Below are positions 20,007-30,385 of a DNA stretch of 64,000 bases, one piece after another. The stretch comes from Gammaproteobacteria bacterium (GTDB lineage: Bacteria > Pseudomonadota > Gammaproteobacteria > Eutrophobiales > Eutrophobiaceae). The DNA lies in contig CAXMWX010000005.1 of NCBI GenBank assembly GCA_963422205.2, positions 64,001 through 128,000 of the forward strand. Direction: 5' to 3'. The notes under the pieces were generated by a model. The model was not told where the DNA came from, did no database searches, and worked only from the letters and a program-made list of their open reading frames with translations. Every line of letters begins with the position of its first letter. Position 1 is the first letter of the stretch. Both the position numbers and the translations under genes were made by a program.

Positions 20007-21293
20007 TTACTCTGAGTCCGATGCGGCCTTGGGCATATCCGCCCCTTCAAGTAACATCAGCGGTTTGGAGTCTCCGCTGATCACGCCCTCATCGATCACC
20101 ACCTTGGCAACATCATCCATGGAAGGCAGATCATACATGGTATCGAGCAGGATGTTTTCCAGAATGGAGCGCAGCCCCCGTGCGCCGGTTTTGCGCTGCA
20201 TGGATTTACGCGCAACGCTACGCAGGGCATCTTCCCGAAATTCAATCTCACAGCCTTCCATGTCAAACAACTTGTCATACTGCTTGGTGATGGCATTCTT
20301 TGGCTCTACCAGGATAGTGATCAACTGCTCCTCATCCAGCTCATCGAGTGTCGCCAGCACCGGCAAACGACCGACAAATTCCGGGATAAGCCCGTATTTG
20401 ATTAAATCCTCCGGCTCCACCGAGCCGATAAGCTCGCTCATGCTCCGCTTGTCCTGCTGGCTTTTCACCTCGGCAGAAAAGCCAATCCCGGCATTTTCAG
20501 AACGTGCACAAATGATCTTGTCCAGGCCGGCAAACGCACCGCCGCAAATGAACAGGATGTCCGCCGTGTTGACTTGCAGGCATTCCTGCTGTGGATGTTT
20601 GCGTCCGCCTTGCGGCGGCACCGAGGCAATCGTGCCTTCGATCAGCTTCAACAACGCCTGTTGTACACCCTCGCCGGAGACATCACGGGTGATGGAGGGG
20701 TTATCTGATTTGCGCGAAATCTTGTCTATCTCATCAATATAGACGATACCGGTTTGCGCCTTATCAACATCGTAGTCGCATTTCTGCAATAACTTCTGGA
20801 TGATGTTCTCCACATCCTCGCCGACATAACCGGCCTCGGTCAGGGTGGTGGCATCGGCAATGGTAAAAGGCACATCCAGCAAACGCGCCAGGGTCTCGGC
20901 CAGCAAGGTCTTGCCGCTGCCGGTCGGGCCAATCAGCAACACGTTGCTCTTGGCCAGTTCAACATCGGATCGCTTCAAGCCCTGATCAAGCCGCTTGTAG
21001 TGGTTGTAAACCGCAACGGAGAGGATTTTTTTCGCTTTTTCCTGACCGATCACATACTCATTCAGGCTGGCATTGATTTCATGGGGAGTGGGCAAGGCAC
21101 TGCTCGTACTGGCAGAGGAGTTTTCCTGAATCTCCTCACGGATAATGTCGTTACACAATTCCACACATTCATCACAGATAAATACCGAGGGGCCGGCGAT
21201 CAACTTGCGGACTTCGTGCTGGCTCTTGCCACAGAATGAGCAATACAGAAGCCGATCACCCTCACCTGTTCTGCTGTGCCTGTTATTACTCAT
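20007..21293 (-). CDS. clpX: Clp protease ATP-binding subunit
   Basis: C4 zinc finger CSFC...[15 protein letters not shown] loop. Confidence 0.99.
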   Translation of the reverse strand: MSNNRHSRTGEGDRLLYCSFCGKSQHEVRKLIAGPSVFICDECVELCNDIIREEIQENSSASTSSALPTPHEINASLNEYVIGQEKAKKILSVAVYNHYKRLDQGLKRSDVELAKSNVLLIGPTGSGKTLLAETLARLLDVPFTIADATTLTEAGYVGEDVENIIQKLLQKCDYDVDKAQTGIVYIDEIDKISRKSDNPSITRDVSGEGVQQALLKLIEGTIASVPPQGGRKHPQQECLQVNTADILFICGGAFAGLDKIICARSENAGIGFSAEVKSQQDKRSMSELIGSVEPEDLIKYGLIPEFVGRLPVLATLDELDEEQLITILVEPKNAITKQYDKLFDMEGCEIEFREDALRSVARKSMQRKTGARGLRSILENILLDTMYDLPSMDDVAKVVIDEGVISGDSKPLMLLEGADMPKAASDSE

Positions 21294-21320
21294 ATCCGCC
21301 GCCTTTAAGTGGTTTGCAAG

Positions 21321-21977
21321 TCAGCTGCCCGCCTGATGCAGCGTGCTGTTGTTATCCGCTGCCACCGGGGCGCGCTCGATTAATACCGAATCAATCAGGC
21401 CGTACTCCTGGGCTTCATGGGAACTCATAAAATGATCTCTTTCCGTATCTATGCTTATCTTATCCAAACTCTGGCCGGTATGCAGCATAAGAATTTCATT
21501 TAAGCGCTCTCTGGCTTTGAGGATCTCCCGTGCGTGGATTTCAATATCCGATGCCTGCCCCTGAAAGCCGCCCAGGGGCTGATGAATCATCACCCGTGAA
21601 TGCGGCAGGCTGAAGCGCTTGCCCCCGGCACCACCGGCAAGCAACACCGCCCCCATGCTGGCCGCCTGCCCCACACACATGGTGCTGACATCCGGCTGAA
21701 CAAACTGCATGGTATCGTAAATCGCCAGACCAGCGGTGACCGAACCCCCCGGTGAGTTGATATAAAAATGAATGTCTTTATCGGGGTTTTCCGATTCAAG
21801 ATACAGCAGCTGGGCAACGATCAAATTGGCCACGTTATCCTCAACCGGGCCGACCAGAAACACCACCCTCTCCTTTAACAAACGAGAATAAATATCGTAG
21901 GCACGTTCCCCCCTGGAGGACTGCTCAACCACCATAGGCACCAGGTTCAGTGCCCTCATATCACGTTGTTGACTCAT
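21321..21977 (-). CDS. clpP: Clp protease proteolytic subunit
   Basis: [31 protein letters not shown]. Confidence 0.99.
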   Translation of the reverse strand: MSQQRDMRALNLVPMVVEQSSRGERAYDIYSRLLKERVVFLVGPVEDNVANLIVAQLLYLESENPDKDIHFYINSPGGSVTAGLAIYDTMQFVQPDVSTMCVGQAASMGAVLLAGGAGGKRFSLPHSRVMIHQPLGGFQGQASDIEIHAREILKARERLNEILMLHTGQSLDKISIDTERDHFMSSHEAQEYGLIDSVLIERAPVAADNNSTLHQAGS

Positions 21978-21998
21978 GATTTACGGTATCGGTTTGTA

Positions 21999-23333
21999 TC
22001 AACCATCGGCATCGACAGGTTCAGTCTGCCTGTTATTCACTATCTCGTCAAACGAGAGCGGCCTCTCCGTGACCCGGGCGTGGGTCAGTAACCATTCAAC
22101 CACCGCATCTTCAAGGACGATGGCCTTGACCTCGGCCAGCCTTTTCTCATCACTGTAATACCAGTTGATCACCGCCGAGGAGTCTTCATAATTGGCCGCA
22201 TTTTGTTCAATCAGCGTGCGGACTGCCTCCGGCCTGGCCTGCAAGGCATTCGCAGCGATGATCTCACCTGCCAGCAGTTGCAGGGCGACTCGCTTGCGTG
22301 CCTGTGGCTCAAACAGGGTCGGCTCAGACAGTTTTTCTATCTCATGGACGGGCAGCCCCTGTGCCTTGAGCTTATCACTGAACTGCTGCTGCATCCGCTG
22401 GATTTCCGCCTCCACCAGGGCATTCGGCAGCGGCATCTCATTGGCCTCATACAGGCTGTCCATGGCCGCATCACGGGTCTTGTTACGCAGCGCTGTGTCC
22501 AGCTCTTTCTGCATTTGCTGGCGGATTGCCTTGCGGAATGCCGGCTCGCCGCCGGTATTGACACCAACAGTCTGGAAAAACTGATCATTTAACTCCGGCT
22601 TCACCAACTCTGAGACCGCATTGACCTTGATCTCAAAATGCACCGGCTTACCAGCGAGTTGCGGCTCATGATAGGGTTCGGGAAAACGGAGATCCAGGCC
22701 CACCTCATCCCCCGCCTGTTTGCCGATCAGGCCATCTTCCATGCCCTCCAGCAGGCGTTTGCTGCCCAACTCCAGCACCATGCCCTCAGCCGTGCCGCCA
22801 GCAAAGTCCTCACCTGCAACGGTGCCATGAAAATCAATATTCACGACATCGCCCCGGGCGGCGACACGTTCAACCTCTCGTGCTGTTCGATGCTGCTGTC
22901 TAAGGTTCTCGATCATCTGGTCAATGTCAGCAGCCTGAATTTCACAGACGGGTTTTTCTATCGATAACCCGGCGACCGGTTGCAACGTCACATTTGGCAT
23001 GATTTCAAATGTCGCCGTGTAGGCCAGGCCCTGGCCTCGGCGATCTTCCAGCGGTGCTATCGTTGGACGGCCGGCCAATTTCAATTTCTCCCGGCTAACC
23101 GCCTCATAAAACGAAGACTGCACGAGTTGCCCGATCACCTCTTGCCGCACCTGTGTGGCATAACGTTGCCGGATGATCTTCAACGGCACCCTCCCCGGAC
23201 GAAAGCCCTGCACCCGAGTGGTTTTGGTCATGGATTTAAGGCGTGAGTCCAACTCGGTGGCGATCTGCTGCTCCGGCACGACAACTTTCATGATGCGCTG
23301 AAAGGGGCCTTCAGTTTCCACTGATATCTGCAT
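21999..23333 (-). CDS. tig: Trigger factor
   Basis: GFRPGRVP signature, FKBP domain, position before clpP. Confidence 0.97.
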   Translation of the reverse strand: MQISVETEGPFQRIMKVVVPEQQIATELDSRLKSMTKTTRVQGFRPGRVPLKIIRQRYATQVRQEVIGQLVQSSFYEAVSREKLKLAGRPTIAPLEDRRGQGLAYTATFEIMPNVTLQPVAGLSIEKPVCEIQAADIDQMIENLRQQHRTAREVERVAARGDVVNIDFHGTVAGEDFAGGTAEGMVLELGSKRLLEGMEDGLIGKQAGDEVGLDLRFPEPYHEPQLAGKPVHFEIKVNAVSELVKPELNDQFFQTVGVNTGGEPAFRKAIRQQMQKELDTALRNKTRDAAMDSLYEANEMPLPNALVEAEIQRMQQQFSDKLKAQGLPVHEIEKLSEPTLFEPQARKRVALQLLAGEIIAANALQARPEAVRTLIEQNAANYEDSSAVINWYYSDEKRLAEVKAIVLEDAVVEWLLTHARVTERPLSFDEIVNNRQTEPVDADG

Positions 23334-23386
23334 GTATGTTTATCCTGCTATAAAAATATTATTATATTCAAACGGTTAAATAGACA

Positions 23387-23471
<85 letters not shown>

Positions 23472-23821
23472 TTTTCTGCTGGCGGCCTCACGCTTTACCC
23501 ATCGCAAAACGCCCGCATATACGGCTGTGCCGGGTGCTTATAAGGATCACTGCACGAAAGAATACCGGGTCGGACAGAGTAAAGAATCGTGGCAAAAAAA
23601 CAAACACTAAATTAGGCAAACACCCACCATGTCAGCATGGCATTCGCTCAAGCAGGGCCTGGCAGGGCATTGAACTGAAGCGGCGGATTGCGGGAAATTG
23701 GCGGAAAGCTGGCTTATGTCGAGATGAGGGCTGCCTGGGGCGGGGAGACAACGCTGGCGATCACTGTGGTGCTTTTGCCGTATTCAGCCAGGGGGTATTC
23801 AGGTGACAGAGTCGACTGGCC

Positions 23822-24229
23822 TTAGAAACATTCCTCAACAAAATTTTTGCAGGCACGGCGACATTTTTTTGTCGTCCCGCCAGTCCCTCGATTGATAAAG
23901 ATACATTCCTCTCCCCAACGACCACAAACAGTCATGCATTGTTTTTTTGCTTTATCCTGGCGGTCTTTACCCAGGGCGGCTGGCAACACCAGCGTACCGG
24001 ATTCAATCTGCTGATAAGGCGGCTCGGCATCAGGCCCGCTATCGGCCTCGCTATCAACTTGGGCATACAAAACAGCCGCATTCCTGTCCATCACGTGGGG
24101 ATACGGCGTATTTTGTTGTAAAGACGGGACAGCGGTGGCCGCCTGATGAACCAGCAGCAGGACGCATAATGCGATGCTCATCTTGTTTGCAGGCATGTAT
24201 TTTTGACTTACCATGTTGAAAAAGTTCAA
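23822..24229 (-). CDS. Small exported protein with a six-cysteine C-terminal domain
   Basis: Signal-like MSIALCVLLLVHQAATA (true start may be 24196 or 24181), acidic linker, C-terminal 2x(C-x3-C-x6-C). Confidence 0.65.
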   Translation of the reverse strand: MNFFNMVSQKYMPANKMSIALCVLLLVHQAATAVPSLQQNTPYPHVMDRNAAVLYAQVDSEADSGPDAEPPYQQIESGTLVLPAALGKDRQDKAKKQCMTVCGRWGEECIFINRGTGGTTKKCRRACKNFVEECF

Positions 24230-24510
24230 TAATCTGCGACACCGGTCTGTGTCATATAAAGCGCTGTGCGGCAGGGATCAGGCCGTTATGTGTGGTATAA
24301 AAACCTCATGCAAACCCGGCGGGTTTGGCTATACTTGGCAATGAGTGATGACACGTAAAGATACCACCATTCGTGGTATACGCCCCCGTGAGCGCGCAAC
24401 GGGCGGCGTACTTAAAGCAACTCGCAAACACACAAGCGATACCCAATCGGTTGCCTGAAAGAAAGCCAGGGGCTTATGCCTCCTCCGCTGGCATTACCAC
24501 CGCCCGGACT

Positions 24511-24549
24511 GCTGCTGATAGACGCTGCTGATAGACCCTGCCGATAGAC
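24511..24549 (+). repeat. 13-bp tandem repeat, 3 copies (GCTGCTGATAGAC)
   Basis: gctgctgatagac gctgctgatagac cctgccgatagac, intergenic. Confidence 0.8.
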
Positions 24550-24642
24550 CTGGAGCGGTTGATTTGTGCTTTATCACTTTCATACCTTGACAGATTGCCG
24601 CCGTTTCTGTCTCATGAAGCCCGGTCATAAAACACGATCTGC

Positions 24643-25458
24643 ATGCTGAACATTCGCCTCCTCGCCCTCATCATCTGCCTGTGTGGTGGTGCATCATTAC
24701 AGGCCGCCATCATCTATGAATGGGCGGATGATTTTAGCCCGCGCGAAAAAAGCAAACTCACTGACTGGATGGAGACAACCGCCAATGGCCTGTTTGCCCT
24801 GACCGGCGAGTTACCGTTCGATATACACGTGCGTTTTCACCGCAGCCATGCAAACAAAGAGCCCGTCCCCTGGGCGCACACGGTGCGGGGGAAGCGGCAG
24901 GGCGTGAACTTTCATGTCAATCCGAATTTCAGCTTGCAGGTGCTGCTGGCTGACTGGACGGCAGCACACGAGTTAAGTCATCTGGTGCTGTACTATCTTG
25001 GCAGGCAAAATGCCTGGTTTGCCGAGGGCTTTGCCAGCTACATGCAGTTTCAGGTCATGCACAAAATGGGCGTACTCAGCCGGGATGAGATGATCGACAG
25101 CTATCGCCAGCGCATGGCAAAGGCCCGCCGTGATTATGACATGCCGCACTTGAGCTTTGCCCGGGCGGCACCGATACTGCGCTCATCCGCCCGTTATCCG
25201 ACCATGTACTGGGGCGGGGCAGTTTATTTTCTGCGGGTTGACAGCGCATTACGGGATAACACAGGCCGCACGCTGGCCGATGTGTTAAGGGCATTCGTGG
25301 ATTGCTGCCGCATGGATATTCAGCCCTACCCGGGTTTGATCAACACGCTGGATGCAATCGCCGATAGCACGATCTTCAAACAGCAATATGAGCGCTTCAG
25401 CGCCCAGGCTGGCCTGCCGGACTATGAACAGGCACTGGAGAATATCGGCAGCAGATAA
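24643..25458 (+). CDS. Exported gluzincin-type zinc metallopeptidase-like protein
   Basis: Signal peptide, HExxH motif (AAHELSH), third-ligand motif WFAEGFASY, and 'MYWGGA', as in M1/M61-like peptidases. Confidence 0.75.
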   Translation: MLNIRLLALIICLCGGASLQAAIIYEWADDFSPREKSKLTDWMETTANGLFALTGELPFDIHVRFHRSHANKEPVPWAHTVRGKRQGVNFHVNPNFSLQVLLADWTAAHELSHLVLYYLGRQNAWFAEGFASYMQFQVMHKMGVLSRDEMIDSYRQRMAKARRDYDMPHLSFARAAPILRSSARYPTMYWGGAVYFLRVDSALRDNTGRTLADVLRAFVDCCRMDIQPYPGLINTLDAIADSTIFKQQYERFSAQAGLPDYEQALENIGSR

Positions 25459-25480
25459 GGCCGTACACACCCCGTATTGT

Positions 25481-25508
25481 CGGCAGCTGGGTTGTCGCTG
25501 TTTTTTTT
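25481..25508 (+). terminator. Possible Rho-independent terminator after the peptidase
   Basis: CGGCAGC-tgg-GTTGTCG hairpin with G:U pairs, followed by an 8-T run. Confidence 0.45.
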
Positions 25509-26218
25509 GATGATGCGCTTTAACCGGAAATCGGGATGAAAATACTGCATGCTCTCTGCCTGCTGTTCGGATTGTCATTGCCTGTGTGCGGTGCTGATCT
25601 GATCCTCATCTGAATCCAGCCTGGGGCCCTTATCCCTGTCAGAGAAGACGCCAGTCTCGGCACAGTCCCTGGCAAGCCTGTTTCCAGCAGTCAAAATAAC
25701 GCATCAAATCCGGGGCAGTGATGGTTCGAACCTGCATTATTTTGAAATCATCTCTGATGAGTGGCGGCGTGTTGTTCACTATCTCATCTTTTATTCATGA
25801 TAACAGGCAACAGGAGGTGACCACAGTCGCCATGGATTTTCGGCGTCTCTGTCGGTCAGTCTCTGGCGGATGTGTTGCATAAAAGGGGCGAAGATGCGGT
25901 GTTTGGCGCAGCACATCACGATAATTTTGTCGGTGCGGGGAGGATCTGGTAGGCGCTTTCCATGCAGGAATACAAGGCGATGCAGAAGTACCGAGGCCCT
26001 GCTGATATTGCCCCGACCCGCATCACCTGGGCGGAGGCGAAGCGCACCGACCCCAGGGTAACGACCATTTCCTGGCCCTGTCAAAGATGGTAAGGCACGA
26101 GAGAGCCAGCCATCTGGACGGACATCCAGCAGGCTTGAGGGCAGTGACATGCCCCCTTGATCATCGCTTCAATTTTCCTGGTTTACCCGGAAAGCCAACC
26201 CCGCATGAGAAATGGCGA

Positions 26219-27250
26219 TCAGTTCGGTGCCTCCGCCGCCTCGGTGGCTGTGGTGGTGGCCGCTGGCAGTGTCTTGCGGCGTATCTTCGTCTCAATCTCA
26301 GCGGCAACCGCCGGATGAGCAAGCAGGTGCTTCCTGACATTGTCCTTGCCCTGACCAATGCGCTCGCCCTCATAGCTGTACCAGGCGCCGGTCTTGCCGA
26401 TAATATCGTGCTTCACGCCTAAGGTAATCAACTCGCCCTCACGGGAAATGCCAGCACCATAGAGTATCTCAAATAACACCTCCTTGAACGGCGGGGCTAC
26501 CTTGTTCTTGACTATCTTCACACGGGTCTCGTTGCCAATCACCTCATCGCTCTGCTTGATCGCACTGCCACGGCGTATCTCCAGCCGCACCGACGCATAA
26601 AACTTCAAGGCATTGCCGCCCGTGGTCGTCTCCGGATTGCCAAACATCACGCCAATCCTCATCCGAATCTGGTTGATGAATATCACCAGCGTGTTGGAGC
26701 GCTTGATGTTAGCGGTCAGCTTACGCAGGGCCTGGGACATCAGACGGGCATGCAAGCCCATGTGGCTGTCGCCCATATCTCCCTCAATCTCAGCCTTCGG
26801 CGTCAAGGCCGCTACCGAGTCAATAATCACCAACTCCACCGCACTGGAGCGCACCAGCATATCGGTGATCTCCAATGCCTGCTCGCCAGTATCGGGCTGG
26901 GAGACCAGCAAATCGGCTATCTGCACGCCGAGCTTCTCAGCATACTGTGAATCCAGCGCATGTTCGGCATCAATGAACGCCGCTGTGCCGCCCGCCTTCT
27001 GTATCTCGGCGGCCACATGCAGCGCCAGGGTGGTCTTGCCGGAGGACTCCGGGCCGTATATCTCCACCACCCGCCCACGGGGCAGACCGCCGATGCCCAA
27101 ACCAATATCCAGACCCAGCGAGCCGGTCGCCACCGCACTCACATCATGGTTCACGCTGCCATCGCCCAGGCGCATCACCGAGCCCTTGCCGAATTGCTTC
27201 TCTATCTGGCCGAGCGCTATGTCCAGGGCTTGTCGCTTCTTCTCATCCAT
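26219..27250 (-). CDS. recA: Recombinase A
   Basis: [30 protein letters not shown]. Confidence 0.99.
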   Translation of the reverse strand: MDEKKRQALDIALGQIEKQFGKGSVMRLGDGSVNHDVSAVATGSLGLDIGLGIGGLPRGRVVEIYGPESSGKTTLALHVAAEIQKAGGTAAFIDAEHALDSQYAEKLGVQIADLLVSQPDTGEQALEITDMLVRSSAVELVIIDSVAALTPKAEIEGDMGDSHMGLHARLMSQALRKLTANIKRSNTLVIFINQIRMRIGVMFGNPETTTGGNALKFYASVRLEIRRGSAIKQSDEVIGNETRVKIVKNKVAPPFKEVLFEILYGAGISREGELITLGVKHDIIGKTGAWYSYEGERIGQGKDNVRKHLLAHPAVAAEIETKIRRKTLPAATTTATEAAEAPN

Positions 27251-27381
27251 CAATGCCGCCTCATTCGCTGTACTTCAATACCCGAATTATCCCATATTCC
27301 ACGACCGATAACAGGTGGCAGTTTTATCGTCTCCCGGCTTCGCTGTGTCTGATAAACCCGGGCGGTGGGGTGGGCGTATCA

Positions 27382-27897
27382 TCATTCAGCCGCCGCATCG
27401 GTTGCCCGTATAAAACGCAGCAGGCCAGTGAGTGCATGGGCGATTGCCTGCTCCCTTACCGCTGCACGACTGCCGGTGAACAGCCGGGTTTGGGCAGCTA
27501 TTCGGCCCGGTCGGTCAGCCCAGGCAAAACATACCGTCCCCACAGGCTTGGCCGGGCTGCCGCCTGTTGGCCCGGCAATCCCCGTGACCGACAGGCTGTA
27601 ATCGGCCTGGCTGCTCTGCAAGGCGCCTTCGGCCATCGCCCGGGCGGTTGGCTCACTGACTGCGCCGTAGCGGGCCACAGTCGCCACCGGCACGTGCAGG
27701 TGCTGGTGCTTGGCCGCATTGGTATAGGTGATAAAACCGCCCTCCAGCCAGGCTGAACTGCCCGCCAGATCGGTCAACACAAAACCAATACCCCCACCCG
27801 TACAGGACTCCGCCGTGATCAGGGTGTGTTGCCGTTCAAGCAGTATCCCGGCCACCTGTTGTACCAGGTGCCGGAGCATCGCTGGGTCGTTGATCAT
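27382..27897 (-). CDS. pncC: CinA family / NMN deamidase (PncC)
   Basis: TAESCTGG, GAVSEPTARAMAEG and SVTGIAGPTGG motifs, upstream of recA. Confidence 0.9.
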   Translation of the reverse strand: MINDPAMLRHLVQQVAGILLERQHTLITAESCTGGGIGFVLTDLAGSSAWLEGGFITYTNAAKHQHLHVPVATVARYGAVSEPTARAMAEGALQSSQADYSLSVTGIAGPTGGSPAKPVGTVCFAWADRPGRIAAQTRLFTGSRAAVREQAIAHALTGLLRFIRATDAAAE

Positions 27898-27907
27898 CGT
27901 CTTTGGT

Positions 27908-28348
27908 TTAGCGTCTTTGCTGGAAAAATTCACTGAGCAGACGGCCACACTCCTCGGCCAACAGGCCGGCCGTCACCGCTGGTGTGTGGTTTAGCTGCCC
28001 TGACTGCAACATGCGCCCGGCGGCACCGCCCCCCGGATCAGCCGCCCCATAGACCACCCGGGCAATTCGGGCATGGATGATGGCACCGGCACACATCAGG
28101 CAAGGCTCCAGCGTGACATACAGCGTGGTGCCTGTCAGGCGGTAATTGTGCAACTGCCGCCCGGCTTCACGGATGGCCATGATCTCCGCATGGGCGGTTG
28201 CATCATGGTTCGCTATCGGCTGATTAAAACCCTTGGCTACGATCTTATCGTCCAGGGTGATGATGGCACCTACCGGCACCTCAGCCTCGCCTGCCGCCTG
28301 CCGGGCCAGACGCAAGGCCTCGCGCATCGCTGTCTCATCGGTCAGCAT
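27908..28348 (-). CDS. tadA: tRNA adenosine(34) deaminase
   Basis: EVPVGA, HAE and TLEPCLMC motifs. Start set at ATG 28348. Confidence 0.93.
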   Translation of the reverse strand: MLTDETAMREALRLARQAAGEAEVPVGAIITLDDKIVAKGFNQPIANHDATAHAEIMAIREAGRQLHNYRLTGTTLYVTLEPCLMCAGAIIHARIARVVYGAADPGGGAAGRMLQSGQLNHTPAVTAGLLAEECGRLLSEFFQQRR

Positions 28349-28353
28349 GCTGT

Positions 28354-28854
28354 CTATACAGCCAGCACCAACGTGATACAGGGCATGGTTTGCTTGCGGG
28401 AACAAGAGTAAATTTCATCCTCGCCGATTATGATAAAGCCGAGCTTCTCCAGCACCCGGGCGGAGTGCTCATTGCCCTTGATACAGGTTGCTGTCAACCG
28501 ATGGGGATGCTGCGTCTGGATCGCCTGGTTGAGCAACCCTCTGGCGGCCTCGGTTGCATAGCCTTTTCGCCAGTAGGCCCTGCCCAGCCAATAGCCGAGT
28601 TCGTATTCATCAACATCGCTATCGAGGGTTAAACCCACACCGCCAATCAAAGTATTGTTATGAAATATATTCAGGTTTAACGCCGATTCGCTGGCCGTCT
28701 GCAACCAGTCATCGGCATCGCTGAGCGTGTAAGGATAAGGCACACGGGACAGCCATTTGGCCACCTCCCAGTCGCCGATGGCAGAGACCAGCGCCTGCCT
28801 GTCATGCCGCCCCGGCTTTTTCAATACCAATCGCGCTGTCCTGATCTCGCACAT
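28354..28854 (-). CDS. GNAT family N-acetyltransferase (RimJ/RimL-like)
   Basis: IRTARLVL, ELGYWLGRAYWRKGYATEA, N..SARVLEKLGF. Confidence 0.9.
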   Translation of the reverse strand: MCEIRTARLVLKKPGRHDRQALVSAIGDWEVAKWLSRVPYPYTLSDADDWLQTASESALNLNIFHNNTLIGGVGLTLDSDVDEYELGYWLGRAYWRKGYATEAARGLLNQAIQTQHPHRLTATCIKGNEHSARVLEKLGFIIIGEDEIYSCSRKQTMPCITLVLAV

Positions 28855-28960
28855 GCTCAATTAATACGCATCTTAAACCCCTGATACCACCAGGCAGGAT
28901 AAAAACTGCCGGGGCAAAGTCAATGCCGGATCTTTTTCTGCTCGACAAAGAAGGCAGCCC

Positions 28961-28987
28961 TGTAATACCCTACCCCCTATGGGTATA
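28961..28987. promoter_or_regulatory. CsoR/RcnR-type operator
   Basis: TGTAATACCCTACCCCCTATGGGTATA has the TAC(C)-C-tract-(G)GTA pseudo-palindrome typical of CsoR-family operators. It lies at the head of the operon that ends in the CsoR-family gene. Confidence 0.65.
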
Positions 28988-29581
28988 AGAATAGTCGGTG
29001 TGATAATATGCTTGCTCTCATGGGGTGCTGAGGCAAGGCCCGTATCGTATTCGGGCGGTTCAACGTTGATGGCATTTTCAGATAATATGAAAAATTCCAT
29101 CTACTTCCACTACTCTCCCACATACAAATACGCATTAGGCATTGAGGGTCTGCAAGACAAGTATTTCGGGAAAGACTATGCCTATTTCAGATTCACCTGC
29201 TTGTTGGACAGAAAGAACACGCAACACGCCCAACGCAATCTGTATTTTCAGTCCGGCATAAGCTCTGAGGGATTAGGGCATCATTTCTATGGCGTCCATG
29301 GCGATTGGGAGACCAGGAGATGGTTTGCTGGTTTTGGTTATAAAAAGGTAATGAATGATGAGGAGAATTATGCTGATCACACGGTGCAACTGGGAGTAGC
29401 GCCCTACCTGGGTGATTATGGTGACTTGCATTCGTGGATCATGCTCAAGGCCAGGAGAAACACCCTGCTGGAAGGTTGGTCTGTATATCCCGTGCTTAAA
29501 TTTTTTAAGGGCGATTTTCTCGTTGAGTTTGGTTACAACGACAAGACGGCATGGGATGTCCATCTCATGTATCGATTTTAA
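28979..29581 (+). CDS. Hypothetical exported protein, probable small outer-membrane beta-barrel
   Basis: Signal peptide ending AEA, aromatic-rich alternating strands, C-terminal HLMYRF. Confidence 0.7.
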   Translation: MGIRIVGVIICLLSWGAEARPVSYSGGSTLMAFSDNMKNSIYFHYSPTYKYALGIEGLQDKYFGKDYAYFRFTCLLDRKNTQHAQRNLYFQSGISSEGLGHHFYGVHGDWETRRWFAGFGYKKVMNDEENYADHTVQLGVAPYLGDYGDLHSWIMLKARRNTLLEGWSVYPVLKFFKGDFLVEFGYNDKTAWDVHLMYRF

Positions 29582-29591
29582 GGAGAGATGT

Positions 29592-29999
29592 ATGAAGCCA
29601 ATCTTTGTACTGTTGCTGCTCATCACGTCGGCTGTTTCGGCAGATATACACAGCGAAACGGCACAACACGCCCATGATGGCCATAGCCACGAACACGCAG
29701 TCGATGGCAAACGGCTTGAGGTGGATGCGGATAGATTCGATACGTTTGTCCGGCGTCTGTCCGATGTGCAAATTGCCGTGGTCAGTGTGCACGGCATGGT
29801 GTGTGACTTCTGTGCAAGAGGCATCGAGAAAATGTTTAAGCGGGATAAGCACGTTAAAAAAATTGATGTTGATCTGAGTAAAGGCAAGGTGCTGATCGCC
29901 TATACACGTGCCAAAAAAATTGACCTGGCTGATATAACAAAGAAGATCCTCGCCAATGGGCAAACCGTGACCGAGTTGCAGGTGTTACACATTGAATAA
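29592..29999 (+). CDS. Periplasmic heavy-metal-associated (HMA) domain protein with a His-rich N-terminus
   Basis: AGGAG RBS, signal peptide, QHAHDGHSHEH tract, and the metal-binding motif GMVCDFC. Confidence 0.88.
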   Translation: MKPIFVLLLLITSAVSADIHSETAQHAHDGHSHEHAVDGKRLEVDADRFDTFVRRLSDVQIAVVSVHGMVCDFCARGIEKMFKRDKHVKKIDVDLSKGKVLIAYTRAKKIDLADITKKILANGQTVTELQVLHIE

Positions 30000-30016
30000 G
30001 GCTCGAAAACATCCTG

Positions 30017-30382
30017 ATGAACGATAAACTGGCAAGTTTTCTCTCACTGTTCGCCTCCTCCTCAACACTGTTTTGCTGTGCACTGCCTGCATTATTCGTT
30101 GCTCTGGGGGCAGGCGCCAGTTTTGCCAGCCTGATAAGCCTGTTTCCCTTTTTGATCGTGCTATCGCAATACAAGCTGTATATCACCGTGTTCGCACTCA
30201 TCATGCTTGGGCTCGCCGGGTATGCACATTACAAAGCCGGTTATATGCCCTGTCCTGCCGACCTCAAGCCTGGTCAAGCCTGTATGCAGGCACGAAGGCG
30301 ATCCAGGTATGTATATTATTTTTCGGTTTTATTATTCCTGTTTGCTACAATCTTCACCTATGTCGTCCCTGGAGGTATTTAA
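30017..30382 (+). CDS. MerT/MerF-like inner-membrane metal transporter
   Basis: Vicinal Cys pair in TM1 (LFCCALPA), about 3 TM helices, and a loop Cys pair (CPAD...AC). Confidence 0.7.
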   Translation: MNDKLASFLSLFASSSTLFCCALPALFVALGAGASFASLISLFPFLIVLSQYKLYITVFALIMLGLAGYAHYKAGYMPCPADLKPGQACMQARRRSRYVYYFSVLLFLFATIFTYVVPGGI

Positions 30383-30385
30383 CCG

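Noticed and set aside
26025-26215. 6S or SRP RNA downstream of recA
   Set aside because: Neither strand shows the SRP GGAA-loop motif or the long terminal stem of 6S.
27262-27290. LexA box upstream of recA
   Set aside because: The best match, CTGTACTTCAATACCC, lacks the CAG half of CTG-N10-CAG.
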